Assembly: GCA_965222615.1 (NCBI GenBank)
Contig: CBDCUI010000007.1
Span: 384,001-448,000 of the forward strand
Origin: Gammaproteobacteria bacterium
GTDB lineage: Bacteria > Pseudomonadota > Gammaproteobacteria > UBA4575
Length of the DNA stretch: 64,000 bases
Direction of reading: 5' to 3'
A program made the position numbers and the translations under genes. The notes under the pieces were generated by a model that saw only the letters and a list, made by a program, of their open reading frames with translations, was not told the origin of the DNA and did not search any database. This document shows positions 20,668-30,452 of this stretch, piece by piece. How positions within the stretch are numbered: position 1 is the first letter of the stretch; each line of letters begins with the position of its first letter.

Positions 20668-21114
20668 TTATGGTGAAGCATCTATAGTTTCATCTGCTTG
20701 TTCTAACTCCATCGTTTCCTGATCTAATCCATCTTGCTCTAATAGCCCTGGATCTATTGCATCTGGTCCAATTGCATCTAGCCCTGGCATTTCGGGTTCT
20801 TGAATTTGCTCAAGCGCTTTTTGGCGTTGCTGTTCATGGTCTTGCGAAATGATCAGTAATGCAGCTGTGGATACGACGGCAATAAGCGCTGCAATTATTA
20901 GTGCAATCACCCAAGCCTTCACTGAACGTCGATGCAATATCCAATAAAATATCCAGCTAAAGAGTATAAATATCAGTATTCCAAACCAATAGCTAGCTAC
21001 CTGTATCGACGAGACCGAATAATTACTATTCACACTTAATTGCTGGTACAACCACCATCCTGCAATCGCAAGCAATACGCAAAGACTTATATGTAGTACG
21101 AAACGTAGTGACAT
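20668..21114 (-). CDS. Hypothetical membrane protein (3 TM plus acidic tail)
   Basis: Three hydrophobic segments then a D/E-rich low-complexity tail. Confidence 0.7.
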   Translation of the reverse strand: MSLRFVLHISLCVLLAIAGWWLYQQLSVNSNYSVSSIQVASYWFGILIFILFSWIFYWILHRRSVKAWVIALIIAALIAVVSTAALLIISQDHEQQRQKALEQIQEPEMPGLDAIGPDAIDPGLLEQDGLDQETMELEQADETIDASP

Positions 21115-21138
21115 AGTTATAAATGGTTATGTTAATAC

Positions 21139-21384
21139 TTATGCTGGAAAATTATTCTGCGGCGGAATTTGTAAATAATATCCTTGTTCTTCAATATTAG
21201 CGAATACTTGCTTGGCATCGGCAATTGCAAGTTTTCGTTCTTGAGTTAGATCAAATTCCAAAACAAACTCGGGTTTACCAAATAACTTTAACAACTGACT
21301 TGGAATTTTATTAAAGTCATCTTTTTGATCTATATAAATGTAAGTATCAACTTTACTTAAGCTTTTGTAAACGTAGCACTTCAT
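21139..21384 (-). CDS. ycgL: YcgL domain protein
   Basis: CYVYKS...TYIYI...P..L...FGKP...GYYLQIPP. Confidence 0.85.
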   Translation of the reverse strand: MKCYVYKSLSKVDTYIYIDQKDDFNKIPSQLLKLFGKPEFVLEFDLTQERKLAIADAKQVFANIEEQGYYLQIPPQNNFPA

Positions 21385-21471
21385 TAGCTTATTCTGACTA
21401 AGAAAATAGTAACATTACCATATAATATAGTAACTGGGAGGAAATCATCCTATTTAGTAACGTCTAGAAAA

Positions 21472-22362
21472 CTATTGTATCGGTGGTGATACCAGGCTTT
21501 TATTTTGTTGAGGAGCTGACGTTACAGCTGTTTCTGAATCAACTGTCGTTGTAGATGGTAAGCTAGACTTATTTTCAGCTGTTACATCATCTTTGGAATC
21601 AGATTTTGGCGCCGGCCTTACTAAGTCTTTTTTAACCTCGACGGGTGAGTCTTGTTTTTTCACTACAGGCGGCGGCGGTGGTGCACTTGGATCGATTAAT
21701 AGTAAAATTGATTTGATTTTCTCCAACTTGTATTCAAATGAAACTATTCCTCCACTAATTTGTTCCTCGACAGATATAGAGTCTTCTGCACTTGCGATCA
21801 AGCGCCCACGCTTGGATGTACTATCCATAAAGACCACCTCGACATTTTTACCAATTGATGAATTGATATCTGTTTTGTCTATAGCGACTTTGCGTATTTT
21901 TGCACGAGATATTGTTTTTACGGTTTTATCTTCTTTTGGTGCCAACGGTTCAATTTCTTTACTAGAAAATTTATCTTTATTGGTACTCAGAATAGGGTCA
22001 TATTCTTCTTCGTCTTCAATAACTACTTTTGCTGCAGCCTCTTCGTTTGGTAATGGCTCTGCTGGAGGCAGAGCACTAGGTAGATTTTTTACGACCTCAT
22101 GATCTGCCAAACCCGGAATTGCATGTATACCCCCGCCATAGATACCGGCAGCGGCCATCACTATGCCAACTAAACTCATTGCAAATCCATTACGTGCTTG
22201 ATCGTGGTTCCATTTTATAAAACAGTACACCGGCACTAGGAGAGGAATGATTAAAACCAACAAGCCCCAAAAAAAGTTTTCTGAAAAGGCGTCTAGTAAC
22301 ACCATGATCATGCCGACTAAAACTAATAGTAAAGCAAGAATTAAAACAATTTGAGCTAACAT
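21472..22362 (-). CDS. Hypothetical membrane protein with soluble beta-rich domain and Pro-rich tail
   Basis: N-terminal AFSENFFWGLL TM bundle; C-terminal GKNVEVVF..GRL..DSISVE domain. Confidence 0.75.
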   Translation of the reverse strand: MLAQIVLILALLLVLVGMIMVLLDAFSENFFWGLLVLIIPLLVPVYCFIKWNHDQARNGFAMSLVGIVMAAAGIYGGGIHAIPGLADHEVVKNLPSALPPAEPLPNEEAAAKVVIEDEEEYDPILSTNKDKFSSKEIEPLAPKEDKTVKTISRAKIRKVAIDKTDINSSIGKNVEVVFMDSTSKRGRLIASAEDSISVEEQISGGIVSFEYKLEKIKSILLLIDPSAPPPPPVVKKQDSPVEVKKDLVRPAPKSDSKDDVTAENKSSLPSTTTVDSETAVTSAPQQNKSLVSPPIQ

Positions 22363-22381
22363 ATGCGTAAAAATATCTAGG

Positions 22382-24274
22382 TTAACACCTATCTGTTAGA
22401 TAACTGCTAGCTTGCAAGGAAATTTCAAGTTCTTGCAATATCAGATTTTTCATTTTTCCAGAAATTTTCATATGTTCCACTTTTCCCAACCAGTTCTGGC
22501 GCATTTTTTTGACATCGATATGTACGTAAGATAGTACCTCTTCAACTGTATCACCAGGCTCTTCCTCACAAATTTGATAACCCCCATCGGATTTCAGCTC
22601 GATATTGACTGCATTGGTATCTCCAAAGAGATTATGCAGATCACCAAGAATCTCCTGATAGGCGCCTACTAGAAACAAACCCAAGACATAATCTTCCTGA
22701 GGCCGGTACTCATGTAGTGACAAGTATGAACATATCCCTTCTGCCTCAACATATCGATCTATCTGTCCATCGGAATCACAAGTCAAATCATGTAAACGTA
22801 CTTTTTGTTGTGGCATTTCATTGAGACGATGCAATGGCAAAATAGGAAAAATTTGATCTAGGCCCCATACATCTGGGGTTGACTGGAATAAAGAAAAATT
22901 ACAGAAATATTTATCAATAAATATTGTTTCTAACTTACTACTATTATTTTCTGATAATGCCTTTTCATGACTTAATAGTTGTTGGCAGATAAAATTGTAT
23001 AGTTTTTCCGATTGCGCTTTTTTTATTAAGGAAATATCTCCACAAGAAAACTTTCCACCCAAATCATGCATAATTTCAACTAGCTGGTCATAGTATGTTT
23101 CAATGTCTTTTTTGCCATGGGCATTTGCAGTAATACTTTTACTTAAATTAATAAGTGGCTTTAAATACGGATCAGTTGAACATCCGCCTTCAACCTTGAC
23201 ATTCATTTGTTGATATTCAGCATCGATTACATTTGTTAATAAGACCGCATGATATGCAGTCATAACCCTTCCATTCTCACTGAAAATTACAGGTGCCTGT
23301 ATATCTTTTTCTTGGCAAATGCCATTTACTACTTCAATTATGGTGTTGGCATAATCTTCGATTGAATAATTGATGGAAAAATACGAACTTGAATTATTAC
23401 CTTCATAATCGACTCCTAAACCACCACCAATATTTAATTGACTTAGTCCCACACCGAGCTCATTCAATTCTGCAAAATACCTCATCCCTTCAACAACGCC
23501 AGCGCGGATATGTTGCAAAGCCGGAATCTGCGAGCCCATATGGAAATGCAACATCTGCATCCATGCCGTTACGTGATGGTGTTTAAGTTCTTGTACCAGC
23601 TCTAGAACTTTGTTTGAAGTTAAGCCAAATTTTGAACGCTTCCCGCCTGTATTTTGCCAGTTACCTTCGGCAATAGCAGACAAGCGTATTCGCATACCCA
23701 ACGTCGGTGTGGCCTTAAGTTCATCGGCTAGCCTTAAAACATGTTGAAACTCAAGCAGACTTTCTAAAACAATGACAACTTCATGACCGAGCAACCCACC
23801 AATTAATGCCAAACGAATATAGGCCTCATCTTTATAGCCGTTACAAATTATTTGCCGTTGACTTTGTGTAATACCCAAACATGCAAGCAACTCTGCTTTA
23901 CTGCCCACTTCAAATGCAATCGGCCATTGAGCTTGTTGCTGGAAATGCTCGATCACTGTTGCCTGTTGATTTACTTTAATTGGATAGGCAGCGATATAAT
24001 TACCTTGATAGTCATAATGCTTAATTGCATCTGAAAATGCTTGAGATAAGGTTGATAATAGCTCTTGTAAAATATGCGGAAACCGAACGAGTACAGGCAA
24101 ACTTATGCCGTGCTCTCTAAGTGCTAAAGTCAATTGATATAAATCTATTTCGCCTGCATGCGCCTTAATCGCTACGTTCCCTGCGGCATTGATATCAACT
24201 AAACCTAAACCCCAATTCTTGACACGATAATGTCTTATTGCATGTTCTACAGTCCAGTTATTTTTTTTATACAT
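22382..24274 (-). CDS. speA: Biosynthetic arginine decarboxylase
   Basis: YPIKVNQ, EVGSKAEL, HFHMGSQI, DLTCDSDG and GAYQEILGDLHNLFG. Confidence 0.95.
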   Translation of the reverse strand: MYKKNNWTVEHAIRHYRVKNWGLGLVDINAAGNVAIKAHAGEIDLYQLTLALREHGISLPVLVRFPHILQELLSTLSQAFSDAIKHYDYQGNYIAAYPIKVNQQATVIEHFQQQAQWPIAFEVGSKAELLACLGITQSQRQIICNGYKDEAYIRLALIGGLLGHEVVIVLESLLEFQHVLRLADELKATPTLGMRIRLSAIAEGNWQNTGGKRSKFGLTSNKVLELVQELKHHHVTAWMQMLHFHMGSQIPALQHIRAGVVEGMRYFAELNELGVGLSQLNIGGGLGVDYEGNNSSSYFSINYSIEDYANTIIEVVNGICQEKDIQAPVIFSENGRVMTAYHAVLLTNVIDAEYQQMNVKVEGGCSTDPYLKPLINLSKSITANAHGKKDIETYYDQLVEIMHDLGGKFSCGDISLIKKAQSEKLYNFICQQLLSHEKALSENNSSKLETIFIDKYFCNFSLFQSTPDVWGLDQIFPILPLHRLNEMPQQKVRLHDLTCDSDGQIDRYVEAEGICSYLSLHEYRPQEDYVLGLFLVGAYQEILGDLHNLFGDTNAVNIELKSDGGYQICEEEPGDTVEEVLSYVHIDVKKMRQNWLGKVEHMKISGKMKNLILQELEISLQASSYLTDRC

Positions 24275-24343
24275 AGGTATTTATTATTATGACTTTTACT
24301 TAAAATTTACACTAAACAGAAACTTACGGTATTGGGAATTTGA

Positions 24344-25210
24344 ATGATTAACACTAATAAAAAATGGTTTACTGAAGAATGTACAGAATGTGGTACTGCA
24401 TTTTCACTTGAAATTAATAAAAAACTTCATGAAGAGCAAACTGCATTTCAAAAAATTGAAGTTTACTCAACCAAAAGTTTTGGAAACTTGATGGTTATTG
24501 ATGGGTTTGTAATGTTAACGGAACGCGATAATTTTATATACCATGAAATGATGACTCACCCAGCACTATTTAGCCATCCAAACCCGCAGCATGTGGTTAT
24601 TGTCGGTGGTGGAGATTGTGGCACACTGCGTGAAACTGCCAAACACATTTGTATTGACAAAATAACTCAGGTAGAAATTGACCAGCGCATTACAAGTATT
24701 GCTGAACAGTATTTCCCTGACTTATGCGCAGCGAATAATGATCCTCGAGTTGAATTTGTTTTCGAAGATGCAATTGAGTGGATAAAACAAAATAATGAAA
24801 ACTCGATAGATGTCATCATCGTCGACAGTACTGATCCTATTGGACCAGCAAAAGGTCTTTTTTCAACTCCATTCTATGAGAACTGTTTACGCGCATTAAA
24901 ACACGATGGCTTATTGGTGCAACAAAGTGAATCTCCATTTGTACACTTTGACAGCATTATCAAACCCATGCATCGCTGTATGCGAGATGCGGGATTTATC
25001 ACTGTGGAATTAATTCATTTTCCCCAGCCAAGTTATCCTACTGGTTGGTGGAGCGCTACCATCGCCAGTCAAGCAAATCAATTACCATTTGCTCGACAAC
25101 ACCAAGCCCAATCTCTTACTTTTGCTACTAAGTATTACAATCATGCAATACATGTTGCCAGTCTATGCACTCCACAATTTATAAAAAATAAGGAGACCCT
25201 GATTTATTAA
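24344..25210 (+). CDS. speE: Spermidine synthase / polyamine aminopropyltransferase
   Basis: YHEMMTHP, IVGGGDCG, EID and IIVDSTDPIGPA. Confidence 0.95.
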   Translation: MINTNKKWFTEECTECGTAFSLEINKKLHEEQTAFQKIEVYSTKSFGNLMVIDGFVMLTERDNFIYHEMMTHPALFSHPNPQHVVIVGGGDCGTLRETAKHICIDKITQVEIDQRITSIAEQYFPDLCAANNDPRVEFVFEDAIEWIKQNNENSIDVIIVDSTDPIGPAKGLFSTPFYENCLRALKHDGLLVQQSESPFVHFDSIIKPMHRCMRDAGFITVELIHFPQPSYPTGWWSATIASQANQLPFARQHQAQSLTFATKYYNHAIHVASLCTPQFIKNKETLIY

Positions 25211-25238
25211 TGAAATATCAGAATAAATCAGGGCTTCC
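25192..25238 (+). repeat. Minimal (internally deleted) copy of the palindromic repeat family
   Basis: GGAGACCCTGATTTATTAATG fused to ATATCAGAATAAATCAGGGCTTCC; contains the speE stop codon. Confidence 0.8.
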
Positions 25239-25244
25239 CAAACA

Positions 25245-26510
25245 TTATTCAGCTACGAATTCCGGATAAGCTTCCAAACCACATTCAGAAATATCCGCAC
25301 CCTCCATTTCTTCTTCTTCTGACATACGAATTCCCATAATAGCTTTGAGTATGCTCCAGGCAATGAAACTGGTTACAAATACCCAGATAAATATGGTAGC
25401 CGCACCTAATAGCTGCCCGCTGAAACTAACCTCACTGTTAGTTAACGGCACTGCAAGTAAGCCCCACAAACCTACTGTTCCATGCACTGAAATGGCGCCT
25501 ACGGGGTCATCGATCTTAATCTTATCTAACAATACGATGGACAATACGACGATCACTCCACCAACCGCACCAATTACAGTAGCTGCTAAAGCCGATGGGG
25601 TGGAGGGCTCAGCGGTAATAGCAACCAGCCCTGCTAGTGCGCCATTAAGCGCCATGGTTAAGTCTGCCTTTCCGAACCACAAACGTGCCAGTATTAAAGC
25701 GGCAACTAAACCCCCTGCTGCTGCAGTATTGGTGTTTAAAAACACCATGGCCACTGAATTAGCACTGCTGATATCACCCAGCTTCAATACCGAGCCACCG
25801 TTAAATCCAAACCATCCCATCCACAAAATAAAAGTACCGAGTGTGGCAAGCGGTAAATTCGCACCTGGCAAAGCATGCACTTTCCCGTCAGAAGTATATT
25901 TACCTTTACGCGGACCAAGTAGCATCACACCGGCTAAAGCCGCCGCTGCCCCAGCCATGTGGACAATTCCTGAGCCGGCAAAATCGGAAAACCCAGCCTC
26001 ACCAAGATTGAACATACCGAATACATCCGCACCGTTCCAAGTCCAGCTTCCTTCCATAGGATAAATAAAGCCAGTCATGACCAGCGCAAACAATAAAAAT
26101 GCCCACAGCTTCATGCGTTCAGCCACCGCACCAGAAACTATAGACATGGCAGTGGCAACAAATACGACTTGGAAAAAGAAGTCTGAAGAATCTGCGTAGA
26201 CTGAATCCCCATCGAAGCCATTTTCTGCAGACGCAGCCAATGCATCTTTTACCAAACTTTCACCACCCGCGATACCAGATAAAAACCAAGTGCCGTCATA
26301 CATAATCATATATCCACAGACCATATACATGATGCAAGAAATTGAATACAAGGCGACATTTTTAGTAAGAATTTCTGCTGTGTTTTTACTTCTTACTAAA
26401 CCTGATTCAAGCATGGAAAAGCCTGCAGCCATCCACATTACTAATGCGCCGCACACCAAAAAATAAAAAGTGTCCATTGCATATTGCAATTCAAAAATTT
26501 GGTTTTCCAC
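25245..26510 (-). CDS. amtB: Ammonium transporter
   Basis: FFFQVVF, SGAVAER, DFAGSGIVH, WMGWFGFNGGS and DDPVGAISVHG. Confidence 0.95.
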   Translation of the reverse strand: MENQIFELQYAMDTFYFLVCGALVMWMAAGFSMLESGLVRSKNTAEILTKNVALYSISCIMYMVCGYMIMYDGTWFLSGIAGGESLVKDALAASAENGFDGDSVYADSSDFFFQVVFVATAMSIVSGAVAERMKLWAFLLFALVMTGFIYPMEGSWTWNGADVFGMFNLGEAGFSDFAGSGIVHMAGAAAALAGVMLLGPRKGKYTSDGKVHALPGANLPLATLGTFILWMGWFGFNGGSVLKLGDISSANSVAMVFLNTNTAAAGGLVAALILARLWFGKADLTMALNGALAGLVAITAEPSTPSALAATVIGAVGGVIVVLSIVLLDKIKIDDPVGAISVHGTVGLWGLLAVPLTNSEVSFSGQLLGAATIFIWVFVTSFIAWSILKAIMGIRMSEEEEMEGADISECGLEAYPEFVAE

Positions 26511-26538
26511 AATTCCCTCCTAGCGAGAATAATTATTA

Positions 26539-26913
<375 letters not shown>

Positions 26914-27022
26914 TTAAAAAGGAATTGATTACCATTTTTTAAACTCATCTCTATGTTCATAGTTACTAGAACACTATATTAATAATCAGATATGGTGTTT
27001 TAGGTCACTGGATTAATCGTTA

Positions 27023-27739
27023 TCAGCTACCCCATTTCATGATGTCGAAAGTTCGATGAATCCCGATATATGCTTCGGTCTCATCATCATCATCTCCACC
27101 ACTATTGATAATATTGGCATCAGTGGAGACGATGGCCGCGGTTACATCAAACCCAGCTACTTCAAACCCATAGCCAAACTCCCAATAACTACCTAAATCA
27201 TCTTCAGCATCATCATCGAACTGACCGTAGGTGAGATAAACGCCATTCCATCCTGCAGTGGCTGCATAGAAAACATAGTTATCACCTTCGGTATTTCCAG
27301 CATCATCTAGAAATACACCGTTGTATTCGCCATCGGTGTATTCGAGATCAAAAGACCAAATATCATCAGACCAGCCTGCATAAAGATTGACTTCGTTATA
27401 TTCGCGATCGAAGTTGTCTGAGTATTGGAACGTGGTATATCCCGCCCCTAAATACATGCCATTTGTAAATTCATGTACATAACCACCGTACACGTCATAT
27501 TCAATACCTTCGTCTTCTACATCAGCAATCCATGTGCCTACATAGAAACCTCCTATTTCTAAATCGACTCCTCCATTAGCGGTACCCGATGATTGTGGAA
27601 TGCCACGAAATATATAGTCGGATAAAATTCCCGCATTGCCGGAAAGAGTTGCTTCTGCCGCTAATGTGGTGTGAGTAAGCACCGTACAACTACTCACGAC
27701 CATCATCGCTAGTACCAAGCGTTGTAGTTTCATATTCAT
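27023..27739 (-). CDS. TorF/Gcw_chp family putative outer-membrane porin
   Basis: Signal peptide, SDYIFRGIPQS, GFYVGTW, EYDVYGGY; conserved position upstream of glnK. Confidence 0.85.
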   Translation of the reverse strand: MNMKLQRLVLAMMVVSSCTVLTHTTLAAEATLSGNAGILSDYIFRGIPQSSGTANGGVDLEIGGFYVGTWIADVEDEGIEYDVYGGYVHEFTNGMYLGAGYTTFQYSDNFDREYNEVNLYAGWSDDIWSFDLEYTDGEYNGVFLDDAGNTEGDNYVFYAATAGWNGVYLTYGQFDDDAEDDLGSYWEFGYGFEVAGFDVTAAIVSTDANIINSGGDDDDETEAYIGIHRTFDIMKWGS

Positions 27740-27789
27740 TCAAAGTCCTCCCTTACTAAAAGGCGTTGTTTATAATTCGATTTTGTTAA

Positions 27790-27806
27790 TGCATAGGTTG
27801 TGCCAA
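27790..27806 (-). promoter_or_regulatory. sigma54 (-24/-12) promoter of the porin-glnK-amtB operon
   Basis: Minus strand TTGGCAC-AACCT-ATGCA. Confidence 0.8.
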
Positions 27807-27866
27807 AATACACTTACCTTGGAATAACAATAAGTTAGGTGGGAATTCGATGATGTCGATCACTCA

Positions 27867-27917
27867 CGCATTAAAATAATGCATTTATTTCAAACATGTG
27901 TGCACAAATACGGTGCG
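27867..27917. promoter_or_regulatory. Two NtrC-type enhancer sites
   Basis: CGCATTAAAATAATGCA (27867-27883) and TGCACAAATACGGTGCG (27901-27917), similar to TGCAC-N7-GTGCA. Confidence 0.75.
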
Positions 27918-27972
27918 GGGAAACTTATAATAGTTTGGCTACACTATTAAGAATATAAGTTGGGAGTAGTCA

Positions 27973-28233
27973 ATGAAATTAGATTCACAAACACTCGATG
28001 AAATTGTACGCAAACTCAGTGCTGCAATTCCCGATGACTTAAAGGCAACAAAACAAAATTTGGAAAAAAATGCACGCAGTGCTGCTGAAGGTGTTTTTCA
28101 ACGCCTAGATTTAGTGACACGAGAAGAATTTGATGTGCAAGCAAAAATGCTATCAAAAAGTCAACAACGTGTTAAAGAATTAGAACAGCGCATACAAGAG
28201 CTTGAGCAAGTTATATTGAAATCTAATAATTAA
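27973..28233 (+). CDS. ubiK: Ubiquinone biosynthesis accessory factor UbiK (YqiC/BMFP)
   Basis: RLDLVTREEFDVQ motif and C-terminal coiled coil. Confidence 0.88.
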   Translation: MKLDSQTLDEIVRKLSAAIPDDLKATKQNLEKNARSAAEGVFQRLDLVTREEFDVQAKMLSKSQQRVKELEQRIQELEQVILKSNN

Positions 28234-28243
28234 CCTAGCTTGC

Positions 28244-29752
28244 ATGAATCTAGCTACTGTTTTCTCGCGTGCACAAACGGGGATGGAAGCACCGTTAGTA
28301 GTTGTTGAAGTACATATTGCAAACGGCTTACCTGGATTATCGATTGTTGGATTACCAGAAGCTGCAGTAAAAGAAAGTAAAGACCGTGTACGTGCAGCTT
28401 TAATCAACTCAGGTTATGATTTCCCTACGCGTCGCATCACCATAAACCTAGCACCTGCAGATTTGCCTAAAGAAGGTGGCAGATTTGACTTACCAATTGC
28501 ACTAGGCATTTTGGCTGCCTCCAAACAGATTCCTCTTGCACAACTGCATGAATTTGAGTTTCTGGGTGAACTGAGCTTAAGTGGGGAACTGCGTAGTGTG
28601 CATGGGATTTTACCTGCTGCCATAGCTGCGAAGACTCAATCTCGTGCAATTGTTGTACCCGTAACCAATGGCAGCGAAGCATTACTAGCCAAAAAGACGA
28701 CTGTATTTGCTGCAGCTAGTTTATTAGAGATCTGTGGGCACTTAACTCAGCAGGAATGTTTAAGCCCTTACTCGCAAACTCTATCTATTAATCAAAGTGT
28801 AGAATTTATAGATTTAAGTGATGTACGCGGTCAACCTCGTGCCAAACGTGCCTTAGAAGTGGCCGCGGCTGGCGCACATAATATGTTGATGGTTGGTTCA
28901 CCTGGCAGTGGTAAAACCATGCTTGCCAGTCGCCTCGGTGGCATATTACCGAAACTTAGTGAAACCGAAGCAATCGAGTCAGCAAGTATCCACTCCATCA
29001 GTCATGGTGGTTTTGATCATCATCAATGGGGTATACGCCCATTTCGAGCCCCACACCATACTGCCTCAGGTGTGGCCTTAGTCGGGGGTGGCTCCAATCC
29101 CATGCCGGGAGAAATTTCACTTGCTCATCATGGCGTACTTTTTTTAGATGAATTAACAGAGTTTGATCGTCATGTATTAGAAGTTTTACGTGAACCATTA
29201 GAGACTGGGCATATAGCAATTTCTCGTGCTGCTAGACAAGTACAATTTCCAGCTCGCTTTCAACTTATTGCGGCCATGAATCCTTGTCCACAAGGCTGTG
29301 ATATTGAAGCAGACGGGTCTTGTGCTTGTACACCGGAACAGATACGACGTTATCGCGCACGTATCTCTGCACCATTATTAGATCGAATCGATATTCATAT
29401 TGATGTGCCGCGTGTTCCAAGAGAACAACTACGTCAACAAGCTGCAAAGAATGGGGAATCAAGTAAAGATGTTCAACAACGCGTGATTGATGCACGTGAA
29501 CTTCAACTTGCAAGACAACAAAAACCCAATGCATTTATGAGTAATAAAGAAATTGAACAATGCTGCCAACTGAATCAAGAATGTGAAAAATTGATGGATA
29601 GTGCTTATGAACAATTAAATCTATCTGCACGTGGTTATCATCGAACACTTAAATTAGCACGCACCATTGCTGATTTAGCAGATGAAGACAATATTCAGAC
29701 CCAGCACCTCAGCGAGGCGATTGGTTACCGACAATATGATCGGCTACTATAA
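28244..29752 (+). CDS. comM: YifB/ComM Mg-chelatase-related AAA ATPase
   Basis: GLPEAAVKESKDRVR, GSPGSGKTML, RPFRAPHH and GVLFLDE. Confidence 0.93.
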   Translation: MNLATVFSRAQTGMEAPLVVVEVHIANGLPGLSIVGLPEAAVKESKDRVRAALINSGYDFPTRRITINLAPADLPKEGGRFDLPIALGILAASKQIPLAQLHEFEFLGELSLSGELRSVHGILPAAIAAKTQSRAIVVPVTNGSEALLAKKTTVFAAASLLEICGHLTQQECLSPYSQTLSINQSVEFIDLSDVRGQPRAKRALEVAAAGAHNMLMVGSPGSGKTMLASRLGGILPKLSETEAIESASIHSISHGGFDHHQWGIRPFRAPHHTASGVALVGGGSNPMPGEISLAHHGVLFLDELTEFDRHVLEVLREPLETGHIAISRAARQVQFPARFQLIAAMNPCPQGCDIEADGSCACTPEQIRRYRARISAPLLDRIDIHIDVPRVPREQLRQQAAKNGESSKDVQQRVIDARELQLARQQKPNAFMSNKEIEQCCQLNQECEKLMDSAYEQLNLSARGYHRTLKLARTIADLADEDNIQTQHLSEAIGYRQYDRLL

Positions 29753-29787
29753 AACTAGAAATTTAATACGGTAACAATATTGACTAC

Positions 29788-30297
29788 TTATTGAACAGAT
29801 TCCAACATATAGTCAACTATTTTCTTGATATCATCATCAGAATAATCCACACGCCCACCTTTTGGAGGCATAGTGCCGATTCCATTAATGGCACTGGCAT
29901 AAAGTTGGTCAACACCTTTTGCAAGACGTGTCTCCCAGCTCGCTTTATCCGCAAACTTAGGGGCATTCAACACACCGGTGGCATGACATGCGGCACAAGG
30001 CTCATAGAGCTTCTCTACAGATACACTAGCATCAGCAACTTGAGTATCACCGCTGCTATCGCTAGAGTCACTGGTATCGGTTGAATCCTGAGAGGTATCG
30101 GCAACTGCGCTTTCGCCAGCAACGCTAACATCACCCACTGGGTGGGTGCGTTCCTCAATATTGCCTTGAATCACTGCATCATGCGAATAATCTGCATCCG
30201 AAATGAGCACATTAGCCAGAGCTAATATCCCTATAGTAGATCCTACTAGTACACCTATGATGACCATTAAGGTCGTTGTAAACTGCTTGTCGTTCAC
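29788..30297 (-). CDS. Cytochrome c5 family protein
   Basis: N-terminal TM, single CAACH, GVLNAPK and MPPKGG. Confidence 0.9.
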   Translation of the reverse strand: MNDKQFTTTLMVIIGVLVGSTIGILALANVLISDADYSHDAVIQGNIEERTHPVGDVSVAGESAVADTSQDSTDTSDSSDSSGDTQVADASVSVEKLYEPCAACHATGVLNAPKFADKASWETRLAKGVDQLYASAINGIGTMPPKGGRVDYSDDDIKKIVDYMLESVQ

Positions 30298-30452
30298 ACA
30301 AACTCCTATTTTTCTATTGGCACTCTAACTAATTATATGCGCAGCGGATTATAGTGAATAATGAGTATGAATCCAAATAATCCGAGCATGGTATCCACAG
30401 GTTTTCCGATGAGTGTAATTACAAACTTAAAGCACTGGTAGCAAGTATTAAT

